DNA of 64,000 bases from the human T2T-CHM13v2.0 reference genome, Homo sapiens (GCF_009914755.1 NC_060941.1); one strand, 5' to 3'. Shown: positions 15,923 through 30,251, counted from the stretch's first letter. Program-made: numbers and translations. The notes: generated from the letters alone by a model not told the origin.

Positions 15923-17252
15923 TCACACGAAGATGGAACAATAAGAAGAAAATGGGGTGGGCTTAGAGCTGCACTTGGGGAGTTGCATAAACCAGCAGTC
16001 TCTTGTACCTCTCCTGTAGCCCAACCAAGAAGGCCCTGGAACGGGGCCATGCATGTAAACACTATCTGTCCATTCTGCTCTGGTGTGGGGAGAAAAAGCT
16101 TTGAAAACATGCCTTTAGGAAAATTTATGGTTCACTATTTTTTTAAGAGAAGAAGTTGTAGATAGCAATGCACTTTTGGATTGAGCCAGGATGCCTCACC
16201 CTCCCTTGCACACCCATTCATGTCACTCCACTTCTTCAAGCCCAGCACTAAAATGCCTGTCTCTTTCAGGAAGCCATCCCAGAAGAAATCCACCTGCCTC
16301 CCTCCAGGCTACCAGGAGATGCTTAGCACACAGGCCACCAGGCATCAGCAGTGAGCCTGAAAAATGTGGGTGTATTGAATCCAAATATTCAACAAAATCA
16401 CTGGGGCTCTCTGACCATGTCTCATCATCTTCAAAATGATTGGTGAGATTAAAGGATCTCTGTAAAATGATCTCAGACAATCAATCCTTCTAGTCACTTG
16501 ATCTTTCTATGGTTTTAAAGCAACTGGTTTTGGGAGTCGACCATGAACTGACTCAGAAAATGATTACCAGAAGTGGGGTTCAAAAAAAGCTCTGGGCAGC
16601 CCCGCTTTGTTAGAATGAGAACAACCTTTCACGCCGGTAACTTTGAAGGAGAGAGCTCTCACTTGGGGATGCAAGTTCTTGTGTATACTTTTAAGAATTA
16701 TCTGTGAGTCCTTCAAAGGCAGGCCTTAAATCCTACTTGTCTTCACCTCTCCATATTTAAGGTTCTGTGTCAAGCTGTTGATAAGTCAGTATTCACATTG
16801 CCAGGTCAACAAGAGAAGAAAACCAAGCAGGCTTTATCCTCTGCTTATAGCTTTAGCTGCTGTCCTGCCCAAAACCCTACATGGCTGTTCATTATTCTCA
16901 GGAAAAAGGTTTGTCTTTTTGTTTTGTTTTGCTTTTTAATGTGATGCACATTAGACCTCTGCTTATCTTCCAGCCACAACGTGGGTCACCCAGCCCACAA
17001 GTCCTCCCACACAGGGTCCTCTCAGAGTGTCCTCTTCAGGTGAGCTGCTTGTGAATTACCCAAGATGCTTGTTTAAAATGCAAATATCTGGGCCCCAGTC
17101 AGATCTACCAATCAGACTCTGAAAGTGAGCCCCAGGAATCTGCACTTCTAGCATGTGCATAAGGCAATTCATAAGAATGCTGAAGTCACTGCTTCCGCTA
17201 GGCCATTTTGACCTCCTTTTAATGTCTTGAATGAGCTGAACTCCCTCCTCCC

Positions 17253-17770
17253 TGAATTAGTTATCTATTGCTGCATGAAAAATTACTCCAAAATTTAGCC
17301 TCTTAAAATGACAAACATTTGTTATGTCATAGTTAGGTTAGGAATTCAGGAGCAGCTTGGCTGGTGGTTCTGCCTCAGGATCTCTCATGAGATTGCAGAG
17401 ATTTTGGCCAGGGCTTCAGCCCTTTGAAGGGGTCACAGAATCTGTATTCAAGCTCACACCTACAGCTGCTGCCAGGAGGCTTCAGTTGTTCCTCCAGCAT
17501 GGGCCTCTCCACAGGACTGCTAGAGTGAAATGTCAGCTTGTTTCCCCCAGAGCAAGTGATCTGAGGCAGAAAGAGTGGGTGCCCACTATTAAAGCCAAGG
17601 TCTCTTTATAACCTAATCTTGGATGTGACATCCCCTCGCTTCTGCCACATTCAGTTCATCAGAAGTGAATCACGAAGTTCAGCCCGCACTCCAGAAGAAG
17701 GGAATTAAGCTCCACCTCTGGAAGGGAGGGGTATCAAATAATCTATGGACAAAATGTTAGAAATACTACA
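17253..17770 (-). mobile_element. MaLR LTR (MLT1-like)
   Basis: TTAGTTATCTATTGCTGC...ATTACTCCAAAATTTAG...GGGAATTAAGCTCCACCTC. Confidence 0.75.
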
Positions 17771-17774
17771 CACC

Positions 17775-18117
<343 letters not shown>

Positions 18118-18143
18118 CTAAGTGTAATGTCCCCCTACCCCCA

Positions 18144-18188
18144 ACACACACACACACAGACACAGACACACACACACACACACACACA
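18144..18188. repeat. Interrupted (CA)n microsatellite
   Basis: Read directly from the sequence. Confidence 0.95.
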
Positions 18189-18871
18189 GGCTTGCTAGGC
18201 TAAATCTTACTTGCCCTTCAGGTATGAAATTAAGCACCACTTTCTTCCAGAGCTACCCTGTGTGGTGGCACAGGAAGTGCAATCGTACAGCTCCAGATAG
18301 TGCTATTCACCTGGCAGCCACTGCAGATTTGTGTGTTTATTAAGACCGTTTTCAGCAGGTGACTGACAATATAAACCTCATGTACATTCAGAACGGTCTA
18401 CTGTTGTAATGGTAGTATGTAAGAGGCCTCACATCCTCAGATCTGTCCCAACTCCAACTAACAGGGAATCTTCACCAGCCTGAAGACAGTTGAAGCCCCA
18501 TATCAGGAACCCCACAGCCCATCTTGGTTCTAACAGGGCAGAATTCTATGGCTATTTGCCAGGTGCATGTGTCCCGGAGCACAGAGGCGGCACCATGCCC
18601 TCGTGAAAGAAGCTGGGAGCTCTCAGCCTGCAGATGATCAAAAGCAAGTATTGTGGGACAGGCAGGGGTGATGATGATGACGCCTGCATGGGGAGGCCAT
18701 GCTGTCTGGTTAAAAAAAAGCTGAGGCCTGAGGGACAGATTAGCCTCTCTGGTTGTGTGAACTTAGGGTGTTCTCTTAACATAAGTCTTCCTGATCTGAC
18801 AGTGGTTGGGGCATCAAGTAAAGAAGGTGAACACACTGAGAATAAACACAATCCATACAAATTGAGGGCGT

Positions 18872-19160
18872 TGCTAGGGTCTGCATATTTGCATACCCCC
18901 AAAATTCATGTGCTAAAATCCTAATCCCCAAGGTCATGGTACTAGGAGGTGGGGCCTTTGGGAGGTGATTAGGTCATGAGGGTGGCGCCCTTATGAAAGA
19001 CATTAGTGCCCTTATAAAATATGCCCCAGGAGCCCTTTTGCCCCTTCTGCCATGTGAGGACACAGCAAGAAGCTTCCATCTATGAACCAGAAAGCAGGCT
19101 CTCTCCAGATACCAAATCTGCTGGCATTTTGATCTTGGACTTCCCAGACTCCAGAACTGT
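18872..19160 (+). mobile_element. MaLR LTR (MLT1A-like), 3'-truncated
   Basis: CCCCCAAAATTCATGTG...GGTGGGGCCTTTGGGAGGTGATTAGGTCATGAGGG...GATCTTGGACTTCCCAG. Confidence 0.85.
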
Positions 19161-20992
19161 GCCAAGTCTGAGGGTGGGGAGGCAGAAAGTAACACTAGAG
19201 ATCTGGGACTTGAACTTGCCAAAATCAAATGATCAAATCAAATGAGGAAGCATTGATTACTATGGGGCATTACTCAGCTATTGGAAAGAGTGAGTTAGAG
19301 CTCTATCCGTTGACTTTGAGGATATCCATGATGTATTGTTATATGAGAGAATCAAAAGAAAGGTACTTTGTAAGATCTCATCTTTGTAAAAACAGTATTT
19401 TTTTAAAAAAGAGAACATTTACTTAACCATTTCTACTATAAAGCCAGGGTTGTCATGTCACACTATTCCAAAGAACTCCATTTTCATTATGGTCCATGTG
19501 AAATTGTGTCTCCACTCCCATCATTCTGAAATTGTGCAGTGCTCAGCATGTGCAACTGTACAAGGAATCCTGTAATAAGACATGCAGAGACCTGGAGGAT
19601 GTGGGAAAAAAAGAGTGAGGCAGTCATTACCCCTGCTTTGCTTCATAATTTGAAACATGATTTATATTTTGAGATCACTCAAGCACCAGGATCTCTGATC
19701 GTCCTGTTTGTGCATTCTAGAAGCCAGGACTCCCCCACCACCATGCACATAGGTTTCTAAAGAACCTACAGGAAAAGAAGCTCAAATATGAGGTGCCCAT
19801 ACATCCCACTGCTTCAATTTCCTCAGGAATGAGCCCCAGAAAGCCACTGAGACACTCAAGGAAGCAGCATGGGAAGACGAGGGGATGAGCTGCCTCAGGA
19901 AGCTCATTTCAGCAATGGTTGGAGTGGAGAAAAAGTGGAACCAGCCTGAATACCCATCAGAAAGAGAAATGGATACATGAGCTCTGGCATTTCTCTGCAA
20001 TCCAAAAAATCGAGGCAATTTTACATTAACAGGGAGAGATGTTAAGCGGAAAAAGCAAGTTGCAAGATATGTATAGTGATCTCATTAAAAATAACTGTGT
20101 GTATTATGTGTATACATACATTAAATATATATGTGTATTTGTACTGAAAAAGACGAGTCTGAAAGGATATATGCCAAGCTGTAGACAGTGGTTACTCCTT
20201 GGGGTAGATGTCAAGGGAGAGAAGTTTCCACCATTTACTTCAGATACGCAACAGAAGCAAGATTTGATAGGTGTTGAAGTCAGAGGAACTGACCTTATGT
20301 CAGGGGTTCTGAAATTTTTTTTAATAAAATACATAAGAATAAAAACAAACCCATTTTGTTGAAACTAAATAATCAAAGCTTTTTTAAACACAGATGTGTG
20401 CTAAGTATACTTTGGGTTTTCTTTACTAATGCATTAAATAGCAAGATGTAGCAGCAAGTCCAACGACTACCATCATTTCAAAGAAGCAATGAGCAGACAC
20501 AATATTTCAAGATATCTGCAACTGTCACGTGGTATGAAAATTTCTGTGATTCCCAGTGCCAACAAAGTCACAGGTATTGGTAATACTTCACTGAAGGAAA
20601 TGCTCATATCCAGTGAGAGGTTTAATAAAAACAAAGCTATAATTTTTTTTCCCATCCAAGTGCAAGGACTCCTGGATTCTATTTGTGGATGTCTTGAAAG
20701 TCCGCGGGAGCCAGGTTAAGAACTCTGAGGATTTCTGCATTCTAGAAAGTCAGCATTCATTTCTTGGTCAAATCTTGCTTTTCTTCTGAGAGGGCTCACT
20801 TTGGAGTTTATTTGTGCGGATTTATGTTTTGGGGGTGTCCAGAGTTAGTGAAGTAACCCAAAAGCTGCTGCCTTTGATGTGGATGTAAAACATTCTATTG
20901 GGTGATATGAAATCGGTCTTTTATTGAGACTGGGCCTTTGCTAATTTACAGAAAGATTTTTCAATAAATAAAGAAATAAAGGCTGCACTTTC

Positions 20993-21334
20993 TTTTTTAT
21001 TTTTTTTTAATTTTTATTTATTTATTTATTTTGAGATGGAGTCTCACTCTGTCGCCCAGGCTGGAGTGCAATGGCACAATCTCTGCTCACTGCAACCTCC
21101 ATCTCCCGGGGTTCAAGTGATTCTCCTGCTTCAGCCTCCCAAGTAGCTGGGATTACAAGTGCCCACCACCACACCCAGCTAATTTTTGTATTTTTACATT
21201 TAGTATTTCACATTAGTAGAGACGGGGTTTCACCATGTTGGCCAGGCTGGTCTCGAACTCCTGACCTCAAGTGATCTGCCCGCCTCAGCCTCCCAAAGTG
21301 CTGGGATTACAGGTGTGAGCCACCGTGCCCAGCC
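20993..21334 (-). mobile_element. Alu (AluSx-like) with a small duplication in the linker
   Basis: TSD AAGGCTGCACTTTC; linker reads TTTTTACATTTAGTATTTCACATTAGTAGAG. Confidence 0.95.
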
Positions 21335-21369
21335 TAAGGCTGCACTTTCATTATTTTATTCAGTGTTTC

Positions 21370-21662
21370 TGGTGGTGATGGTGGTGGTCATTGTGATGGT
21401 GATGTTGAAGGTAGAGGTGGAGGTGATGGTAATGATGGTGATGGCAGTGATGGTGGTGGTGGTCATGGTGGTAGTGCTGGGGTTGCAGGTGGAGATGGAG
21501 GTGGTGGTGGTGGTGATGGTGGTAATGAAGGTGGAGGTGGAGGTGATGGTCACAGTGATGGTGGTGGTGATGGTGGTGGTAGTGGTATGGTGGTGATGGT
21601 CATGGCGGTAGTGATGGGGTTGCAGATGAAGATGATGAAGGTGGTCATTTGGTGGTGGTGGA
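21370..21662. repeat. (GGT/GAT)n degenerate trinucleotide repeat
   Basis: About 290 bp of GGTGAT/GGTGGT units. Confidence 0.95.
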
Positions 21663-24600
21663 GATGCTATGTGTGTTCTGTTTGAAAGCTATGGGTGATT
21701 ATAAGTCTTAACTTCCCCCATGTTCTGGCAGTGGGACTCTAAAGAGGACCAGACAAAAGCCCCCTGCTCTGCTAAATCATTCTGACGCTCCAAATGCACT
21801 GTATTTCCTGACTGAACAAGTCGTGCAACAGAAAGTGTACTGTTGGATGTTGCAGTTTTCTTTTCCACACCAGGAAAACTAAACTACATCTCATGGATGA
21901 GGCTGTTGTTGTTCTCAGGGGTAATTTTGTCTATGATCAAGAAAAGAGGGAACCTATGGACAGGGCAAAGTAAGGTGCAGGACGCCCCAGTACCTCCAGG
22001 ATTAAGGAAAAACTAGACCTGGATTTTGAGTTATGCAGATACACTGAGATCCATGTTGAAGGGTGAGCCGGCCCTCACCAGGGAACAGAAATCACATTTA
22101 GGTTGTGATTTAGGCCACCACCCTCCGCCCGCCATCCACCACCCCATCCAGAGTAGCCACTTATGGTAGCAATTGTAATTTACTCTGTTTAGCTTCTGAT
22201 ATCCCCAATCCGTCACAGCAGACATGGTTGGCTGTGGCGAACCTAGCAGAGCTGTGCTTTGGGAAGCTGCAGGGGGACTGAATAGCTATGGTGGGGAAGG
22301 GCAGAACAGCAGTGGCCTGGGATCCTGCAGCAGCTGCTTCAGGGAGGAGATGGGTGGCCGGAGGGGACCAGTGGCCATTAGGGTGGTTTTGTGGAATACG
22401 CAAGCATTTCTTAGAGCTTCCCAGAAAGTAGGCGGAAACTCCCCTTTGTCCTCAGGCTGGAGCTCCTACTCCTAATACCTGAGTATTAAAGAACATATGC
22501 TCCCCCTAAAGTTTGACAGGGTCAGCGTCACTTGTCAATTACACTTCAAGAAAACCTAAGTTACTTGCAACAAGCATCATTTAATTTTGATTAATTTAAA
22601 TTTGATTAATTTAAAGGATAATCAATGAAGCTCAAAAGGTAGAGAAGAAGGGAAAGGAGGGAGGGAGGCAATGGGAAGAAAGAAAGTTGAAGAAAGGAAA
22701 GGAAGGAAAGAAGAGTAAAAGACAGAGTGAGGAGTACTATGGCTATAACCAAAGAGGTTGGAAGGAGATAGAACGAGGGCAAGGTCACGGTTGAAATGCA
22801 CCCCACACCGCAGTCTACAGAGAGGCCCCCGGAAATCTGGCCACGCCAGTAGGGAGCAGGGGCTGTCTGCCACAGTCAAGAAATGAGAGGCAGAGCTAGT
22901 CCTTTTGCTCTGGAGAACTAGAAATGTGAGGTGGGGTCCAGCAGGCCAGGAGCCAGATGCTGAAGGCTTAGACCTGGCACCTGCCCCAGGTCTGGAGAGG
23001 ACATTGAGGAAGGCTTGAGGTCTCCTTTGTAGCTGCCCAGCTCAGCCCTCTAGGATAGAGAGGCAGTCAGGGAATAAGAGTCCTGGAACAAACAGTGTAC
23101 ACATGTTTGACACTTCCTCTGTGCTGTCACTATACAGGGCTACAGACAGAGATGCCCTAACCTAAAGCCTGACTGAACCAGGGGTCGCTCCATGGCGCTA
23201 CAGAAACAGACCTGGATGTAGGGGCTGAATATAACCCGAAAGCAGCTTTGCAAAGTTTTAAAAACCTACGCAGCCACTCACATTCAACTTGGCCAAAAAT
23301 TCGCCATGACCTCACTCCTTTTTATGAGCAGCTGTCCTGATACTAATCCTGCCTCTTTCCATAATCCCTCTTTCATGAGACTGAGAGAACAACACGTCAT
23401 GAGCCTAAAGCAAATACACTCACAGAGCCCTGCACTTCGTAACTCGCATCACCACTGCAATGCGATCATGCGCTTGTCTAATGCTCCACTGCCAGAACGT
23501 AAGCTTGATTGCGTCTCCTGTGTCCACGGCTGGGGCCCTGGCACAGGCAGCACTGGGTGCATATTTGTTGGATGCCTGTTGGCATGCTGCAAACATGGGA
23601 ACAAGGAGCAAGCTGGGTCTGGGAAATTACGTCCCTTCTGATGAAGGCTAAAGAAAAGGAAATCTACTTGGAATTCCATCAGATAGGTATGGATTGGTCA
23701 TTTAAAAGAATAGAATCACTATATGTTAAGTTTTTTGAACTTGTGCCTCCCGTCCCTTCTCTCTCTCTAATATCCCGTAAGGAAGGGTACATGAAAGGAA
23801 CTTACTGAAGAGTTCACTCAAATCATACTCTTGGGTCTAGACGGAACCTTCATAACCTTCATAGCAGAGCTGCCTACTCAGTGCTTCAAACTTTACAAAA
23901 AGCCAAGTGGTTTTTCCAGCCTGTGGATATGATGAAAGAAACCACCTCTTCCCAGTGCACTTTAGATTGGGTGCTAAGCCTTGTTCTCACAAATCACTTG
24001 CTCAATAAATACTTGAGCACCGACTCTGTGCCAGGCCGTTGCAGGGCTCTGGAAATATAACGGCAAACACAGCTGACCTCACCCAGGTCTCATGGGACCT
24101 CCAGCCTCACCATCCTACCTCTGCTGGTCCAGGGACACACGGTAAACTGGCCACATGAAGAGGGGTCTCCAACGGGGCTGCTTCACAGTAGAGGAGCCAT
24201 GGCTGAAACTGGGGTCAGCAGCTACTGGACAAACACATCTGCTCTACTTGAGAACACCAGCAGGGTTGTCATGGGTAACACCAATGAAGAGGAGATCTGA
24301 ATTTAGGGGAAGCTGCCTGCACTTGGAATTGAGAGGCCCAAGTTCCAATCTCGAAAGGGCTCTCCTCCTTCCATAATTATCTAATCAACTAGGGAGCATA
24401 GGCCTAAGCCTATGGGAGCTTAAACAAGCTCCAAAATGCAAAAATGTGAGCAAGAGACCTTGGCACATTGAAGGCCACCTTTCTTCCTTCCACAAGTTAG
24501 AACTTCTGGAACTAACTTTGCTCTCCATAAAAACCCTCCCCATTGGCAGACACACAGAAACAACCCCAAGGGTCAGGTTTTTAACTTGCCTGAAATCCTG

Positions 24601-25935
24601 TGGCCTCTCACATCCCTTTGTCTACCAAAAATAATGGAATGCTCCAGGTGGCTGACCAATTGAATCTAGAAAGGAAGTGAATTGATACCATGAGCTTTGC
24701 TGGGCCCCCAGCAATAGAAGCTTCCTAGAAAGGCCATAGATGGGGTTGGAATTTCCATTGGCCCTGGAATATAGGGCCTGGGAGAAAAGACAAGGTCTCA
24801 GCACCAAGTCCAAGGTCTTTTCCATGCCATCTGCTGCCCTGAGCAGTGTGCTAACAAGAGTGGGCACCTGTATATTCTGGCCTGCCCCATAAAGAAATCA
24901 GATAATTGTCAGGCTCAAGGCAGAGAATATGGGGTGGCTTCAAGCCCCACCTAACATGAGGTATTCCTTCATCTCCATCTGGCCCTGCCCAGCATGCCCC
25001 CATGTTCCCACACACATGCTCAGAGCTGGGGACAGGCCCAGCCTAGCCATGCCTTACAGATCTAGGACACTGTTGTGGGGTTTGCAAGCACCACAGTAGC
25101 TGGCTGAAGCCTTGGGTTCCTGGTGAGAGACAGAGGGAAGGTGATGTGGGGATGTGTAGTGAAAGAAGAAGACAGAGGTTTTCCTGATTGCTTGACAAAC
25201 ATAAGCCCAGCCCTTAGCTTCAGCCCAGGCTCTGACAACATCAGATCACAATAAACCTCAGGTTGTGTTTACTCCCCTTCCCTGGCTCTACCTCCCCTGG
25301 TTTCTCAATCTGTCTACTCTTATCTGGCACTGATAATGTGTGGGCTCTGAAAATGTGCCCTTTGGTCTAAAAGTGTGGGGATTCCAAAAAGCCTCCAAGA
25401 ATGAATGACTCAATCAAGGCTGAAAAGAGCCACATTGTCCAGATGTGTACATCTGCTTGGACCCAGCTCGCAAAGCACTTTAACCATCTTTTCACAACCG
25501 CTGTCCACATGGAGTGAGGCTGCAGGGCCGGCATTCCTACTCCTAGATTCTCATCTTCCTGGATGCATCGTCAGTCCCTGGTTGGGATTCCACCACCGAG
25601 AGCTGCGCTGCTCCATGTGACTCCTCCACTGCCTCTGAAGACCCCCTTTAGGACCCAAGGATCAAAATCCCTACCTCAGGGTGCCCGTCTTGTTTTCCCT
25701 GTCCTAAAAAAAAAAAAAAAAAAAAGACTAAGGGACTGGTCATACTGCTCTGGTCTCATTCCAAAGTGGCTCTTACACTTGCTGTTGATAAACTCGATAA
25801 CTGCTCCTTGTTTAGGTCTCACCCGACCTCTATTCCAGTTAGAGGGCTCCTGGGCCACCCCCAAATATCTGGCTTGCCCACATCTGCACTGCGCCTTTGT
25901 TTATGCAGTTACCTCCTTGAACACTTTCCTGCAGC

Positions 25936-26244
<309 letters not shown>

Positions 26245-27500
26245 TCCTGCAGCCTCTTATCTGTCATGCAGACTAATCTCCTTTAAGACATGCTCCCAGG
26301 CCACTGCTAAAAAGGCTGCAGAATGTGGAACTATTTGATGTCCTAATAGCCCCTGCCAACATGAAAATGACCAGCAGGCTCAGTCATGTTGCCGAGGTTA
26401 AACTTCAACTGTTTAAACGCCAACCGTGGAATTTGCAAATGGGTAAATACCATACTCTGTACAAGGAGCCAAAGAATCTGCTCAAAGCAGCTGCTCAATG
26501 TGTGTCAGACGGGGCCTTAGTTACAGAGCAACACAGACGGACTAACAAAATACATATTCTGATGTTTCATGAACCTACTACGTCAGGGAGACTAATTGAA
26601 ACAGCTCTCCTGCCAAGCAGACAATTCCATATGCAGAGGAGATAAATAAAAAGAGGCTGCGGGCTGTGGAACATTAGAGAAAGCCAGGTCCCTCTGAGAG
26701 ATGTAAGTTAAATATGTTTAGTGTAACCTGAGATACCCCGGGCCTCTCCAGCTTGGACAGACCGATGAGGTTACATTAGGAATAACCTGCATTCCACTCC
26801 ATGCCCTGGCTGCTCGTGATGAACTTCAGGCCTTAGCAAGGGCTCCATGTCTATTTCTGGGAGTGCCAAGGATGTCTCTTGGTTCCTCATGAGCAAAGCT
26901 GGTCCTGCCAACCACCCATTGGGTCTACCAGACCTGGCTGTTTCTTGTCCATACCCAGAGCGGTGGGACCTTCTTGTTGATGCACTGTGAAGTCAAGATC
27001 TCGCCCCACTTTTTATGTGTACCCCAGGGCCTTCCAGGATTTTTAGTGAAAGAGCTGTTTGAGAGTTTGAATCATTGATCGCCACGCACATGGCACTCAG
27101 GAAGAGCTGAACCAAGGGACAAATCTGAGCATCAGACATGGCAGGTCATCCTCCTCCCCCAGGATCAGCCTCCTCCCCCAGTGACCAAGGCTTCATTACT
27201 GGATCCAGCTGCTTCTTCTCTGGCGGAATTCATATAGTCATGGCTGGTTAAGTCTCGGTGTTAGCCAGACCTGCGAGTCCCAGCTCGGGCTTAAGCAGAG
27301 TTCCCCATTCAAAGGAATTAGACTCTTTTTCTTTGTTAAATTGCCTTAGGAGGTAATGCTTCTGGACCACAGTCACGGAACACAGACAATTTCTACCACA
27401 ACATCAGATGTTAATGATATCCTAGGCTCATGCTTGTGTTGTTATAATAGGCTGAGAATTAAATTAATTTAAACAATGATATCTATAGAAAAATTATTTT

Positions 27501-27780
27501 GCCAGGTGCGGTGGCTCATGCCTGTAAACCCCAACACTTTGAGAGGCCAAGGCGGGCAGATCACCTGAGGTCAGGAGTTCAAGACCAGCCTGACCAACAT
27601 GGGGAAACCCCATCTCTACTAAAAACACAAAAATTAGCCAGGCCTGGTGGCGGGTGCCTGTAATCCCAGCTACTCAGGAGGCTGAGGCAGAAGAATTCTT
27701 GAACCTTGGCAGTGGAGGTTGCAATGAGCAGAGGTTGTGCCATTGCCCTCCTGCCTGGGTGACAGAGCAAGACTGTGTCT

Positions 27781-27824
<44 letters not shown>

Positions 27825-27831
27825 CACACAC
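27501..27831 (+). mobile_element. Alu (AluS-like) with a 41-nt pure A tail
   Basis: TSD AGAAAAATTATTTT at 27487-27500 and 27832-27845. Confidence 0.95.
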
Positions 27832-28064
27832 AGAAAAATTATTTTAATTTATAGAGTGCATACTTTTCTAAAAACTATTAAATGCTTAGAAATTTTAAAA
27901 AACCAACTGTGCAACCTTCAGTAAGTTACCATACCACTCTGCCCTTGAAGGTATTAAAAGAAATAACCCCAAATTCCAATAATCTCTAGCACTCAATGAG
28001 TCTCTGTAATCCATACTTTCCCAAATATAACCTAGAAAGAAACACCCATAAAAGAACAAAAGAG

Positions 28065-29823
28065 ATAAAAAAATTATTGGAGGAATTTATTGCCTGCCTC
28101 CATGTCTATAAACGTTCCATGGACACAAAATACAATCATTCAAATTCCCTGGAAACCACCTATATTTTTCGAAGAATTCATTCTGGCCAACAGTTGGGAA
28201 CCAATAACAGGTCTAGAGCTCCTAATTTAGGCAGCTGTCCCAACATAAAAGCACAAGAGCCAGAGGTGAGTTCTCCAAAGCTGCACCTGTGTCTGCAAAC
28301 GTTTACACAAGACCCTTGAATGGAGAACATGCCTTGTAGGGCAAATTCAACTTTTCCAAATGACACTGCTATAAGTTACTACATCTCATCCTCTACATCT
28401 CTGTGAGGGATGATGGATTAGTATTAACTGTCTTGCAAATACACATACAGAAACTCAGGTAAGGTCAGCCTTACTCAGTAGATAAACCCCAAACATGAAA
28501 CCAGCTGGGTCAGCCTGTCATAATTGGATCCCTCTTGCATGTAAAGACAAAGGTTGTCTGCTTGGAGATGGAGAAGAGTTCAGCATAGCTCGCTTTGGGG
28601 CCAACTCAGAGCAAGGGTGAACCAATCCTAGCTGTCCTCTGACAAATAACAGCTGGAGTCCTGCCAGGAGCTCCTCCCCCAAGCACTTGGTTCCACAAGG
28701 CAAACCCCAGAGAAGTACAGGGGAAAAGAGCTCTCCATTTCTCAGCAGGGGACACCCTGGTCCCCACTGCCACTTTGTTTGCCCTCCAAGGGAAAAACCT
28801 CTCAATACCAGGTCCAGGAGCAGCTGGATGGGATCACTCAGAACCCGGCCGAGAGCTAATTCCCTCTTGGCTTCAAAATCCATCCTATGCTTGGAGATGC
28901 TGGGGCTGGGATTCTACAAACCACATTCTGGCTTTGTGCCCTGATAGGCTCAGCCCCCAGGGGGAGCTAGAAGGAATCTGCTAGGCTAAAGGAGGAAGTA
29001 GGAAGTGGCCCCTTGCTCACTTCCTGTTTGCTTCCTGTTCACTTTCTATCAGCTTCCTGTCCCTTGCCAGACAGGTTGCTAACCCTAGCAGTGCTTTTTC
29101 TTCACCCAGGCAGTGGCAACTCCTCCCAGAAACATTTCAATGCAGTTTTTGGTTTTTCCAACACTCACAAAAGCAGCCTCATGGGGGTCCCCTCAGAGAC
29201 ACCAACAAAACATCTCCCCTATTCAGAGGAGGGGGCACCATCCCCACAGGACTCTCCTCAGAGCTCAGAGATACCAGCTGCATTGAGTGGCATCCCCACT
29301 CCCCCACCTCAGAAGTCTGAGATTCAGCCCCATGTCCCTTCTCCAAGCAACCACCTTTCAATGAGTCCAGCATCTTCCCCTTGTTCCCAAGCCTCAAGTG
29401 TGATGCCTGCTTCCTGTGGTGCTACCTCCATGGATACCTTTGTATTCCCTTCCTGCCCTTTACTGTCACCTGGTTAATCATTCTTTATATTATCTCTAAT
29501 AAAAGAGCTTGTGTGATTTCTGTCTCCTGCCTGGACCCAGACAAATCACCCACATTTTGGTCCTGAGAATCTGCAGCAGAGACTAGAGCCAGGGACTGCC
29601 CAAACCCACCAGAGAGCAGTGTGGGAGGGGACACACTCACCCACCCACCTACAGCTTGCATTCTGATCTGGTTTCTCTTAGCCAAGCTCCGCATGAGCAA
29701 GAGCAAGTTCAGATTTAAAGGACACTGTCAAGTGAGTGGTAAATGGAGCTTAACTTTTGTACGTTCTTGGGGAATGGCTGCAGGGACCCCTGGCTAAAAC
29801 ATTTGCATGTTTCTCCTTGTTGG
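28065..29823 (-). other. CDRT4: CDRT4 3' UTR (about 1.75 kb)
   Basis: Unique sequence between the stop codon and the poly(A) signal; cleavage position is approximate. Confidence 0.7.
28086..28091 (-). terminator. CDRT4: CDRT4 polyadenylation signal AATAAA
   Basis: TTTATT on the + strand; on the minus strand there is an upstream TGTA (28131-28134) and a downstream U/GU-rich tract (~28035-28075). Confidence 0.75.
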
Positions 29824-30251
29824 TCAGTAGCGAACTGTAGGGAGCATCCTCATCATAGGCTTGCGGGCAAAGATGATCTTGTTATAGTTTTCAGTTGGAC
29901 AGTCTCTGGAATCCGCATGTAAGTGTGTGGGTTCTGGGATCATGGTAGGAGCCATGGCCAATACCGAATAAGCGCCCCACATTGATAACGTGGATTCTGA
30001 CAGCGTGTCCCTGAACACAGCTTTGCCAGAAGACTTGGAAGACTTCCTCCTTTTCGGCTGAATGACGCTGGAAGGTTTATTCTGCCTTGATGCCCAGGGT
30101 CTTTCCTCGAGGGCACGCATGCATTCCAGTTCTCTAGTTTTGCTTTTCTCAATGAGTCTTTTCACTGTCTGAGAGGTATAGGTGACATAGGCCGGCCAGG
30201 GGTCATGTTTTTCAAGTAGCTTCCGGGGAAGTCCAGTGTTTTCTGTGAGTC
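29824..30251 (-). CDS. CDRT4: CMT1A duplicated region transcript 4 protein, last coding exon
   Basis: ORF (G)[24 protein letters not shown]...[12 protein letters not shown] recognised as CDRT4. Acceptor TTTCTCTTTGTTGGTAG precedes 30251, and phase 1 matches the upstream exon (31+428=459 nt, 152 aa). Confidence 0.95.

Noticed and set aside
21315-21596. Val/Met-rich ORF resembling a membrane protein
   Set aside because: Translation of the GGT/GAT simple repeat
28518-28883. 121-aa ATG ORF on the CDRT4 strand
   Set aside because: Lies in the 3' UTR, has no recognisable homology, and its length is compatible with chance
29013-29477. 154-aa Ser/Pro-rich antisense ORF
   Set aside because: Non-ATG start and compositional bias; no homology recognised
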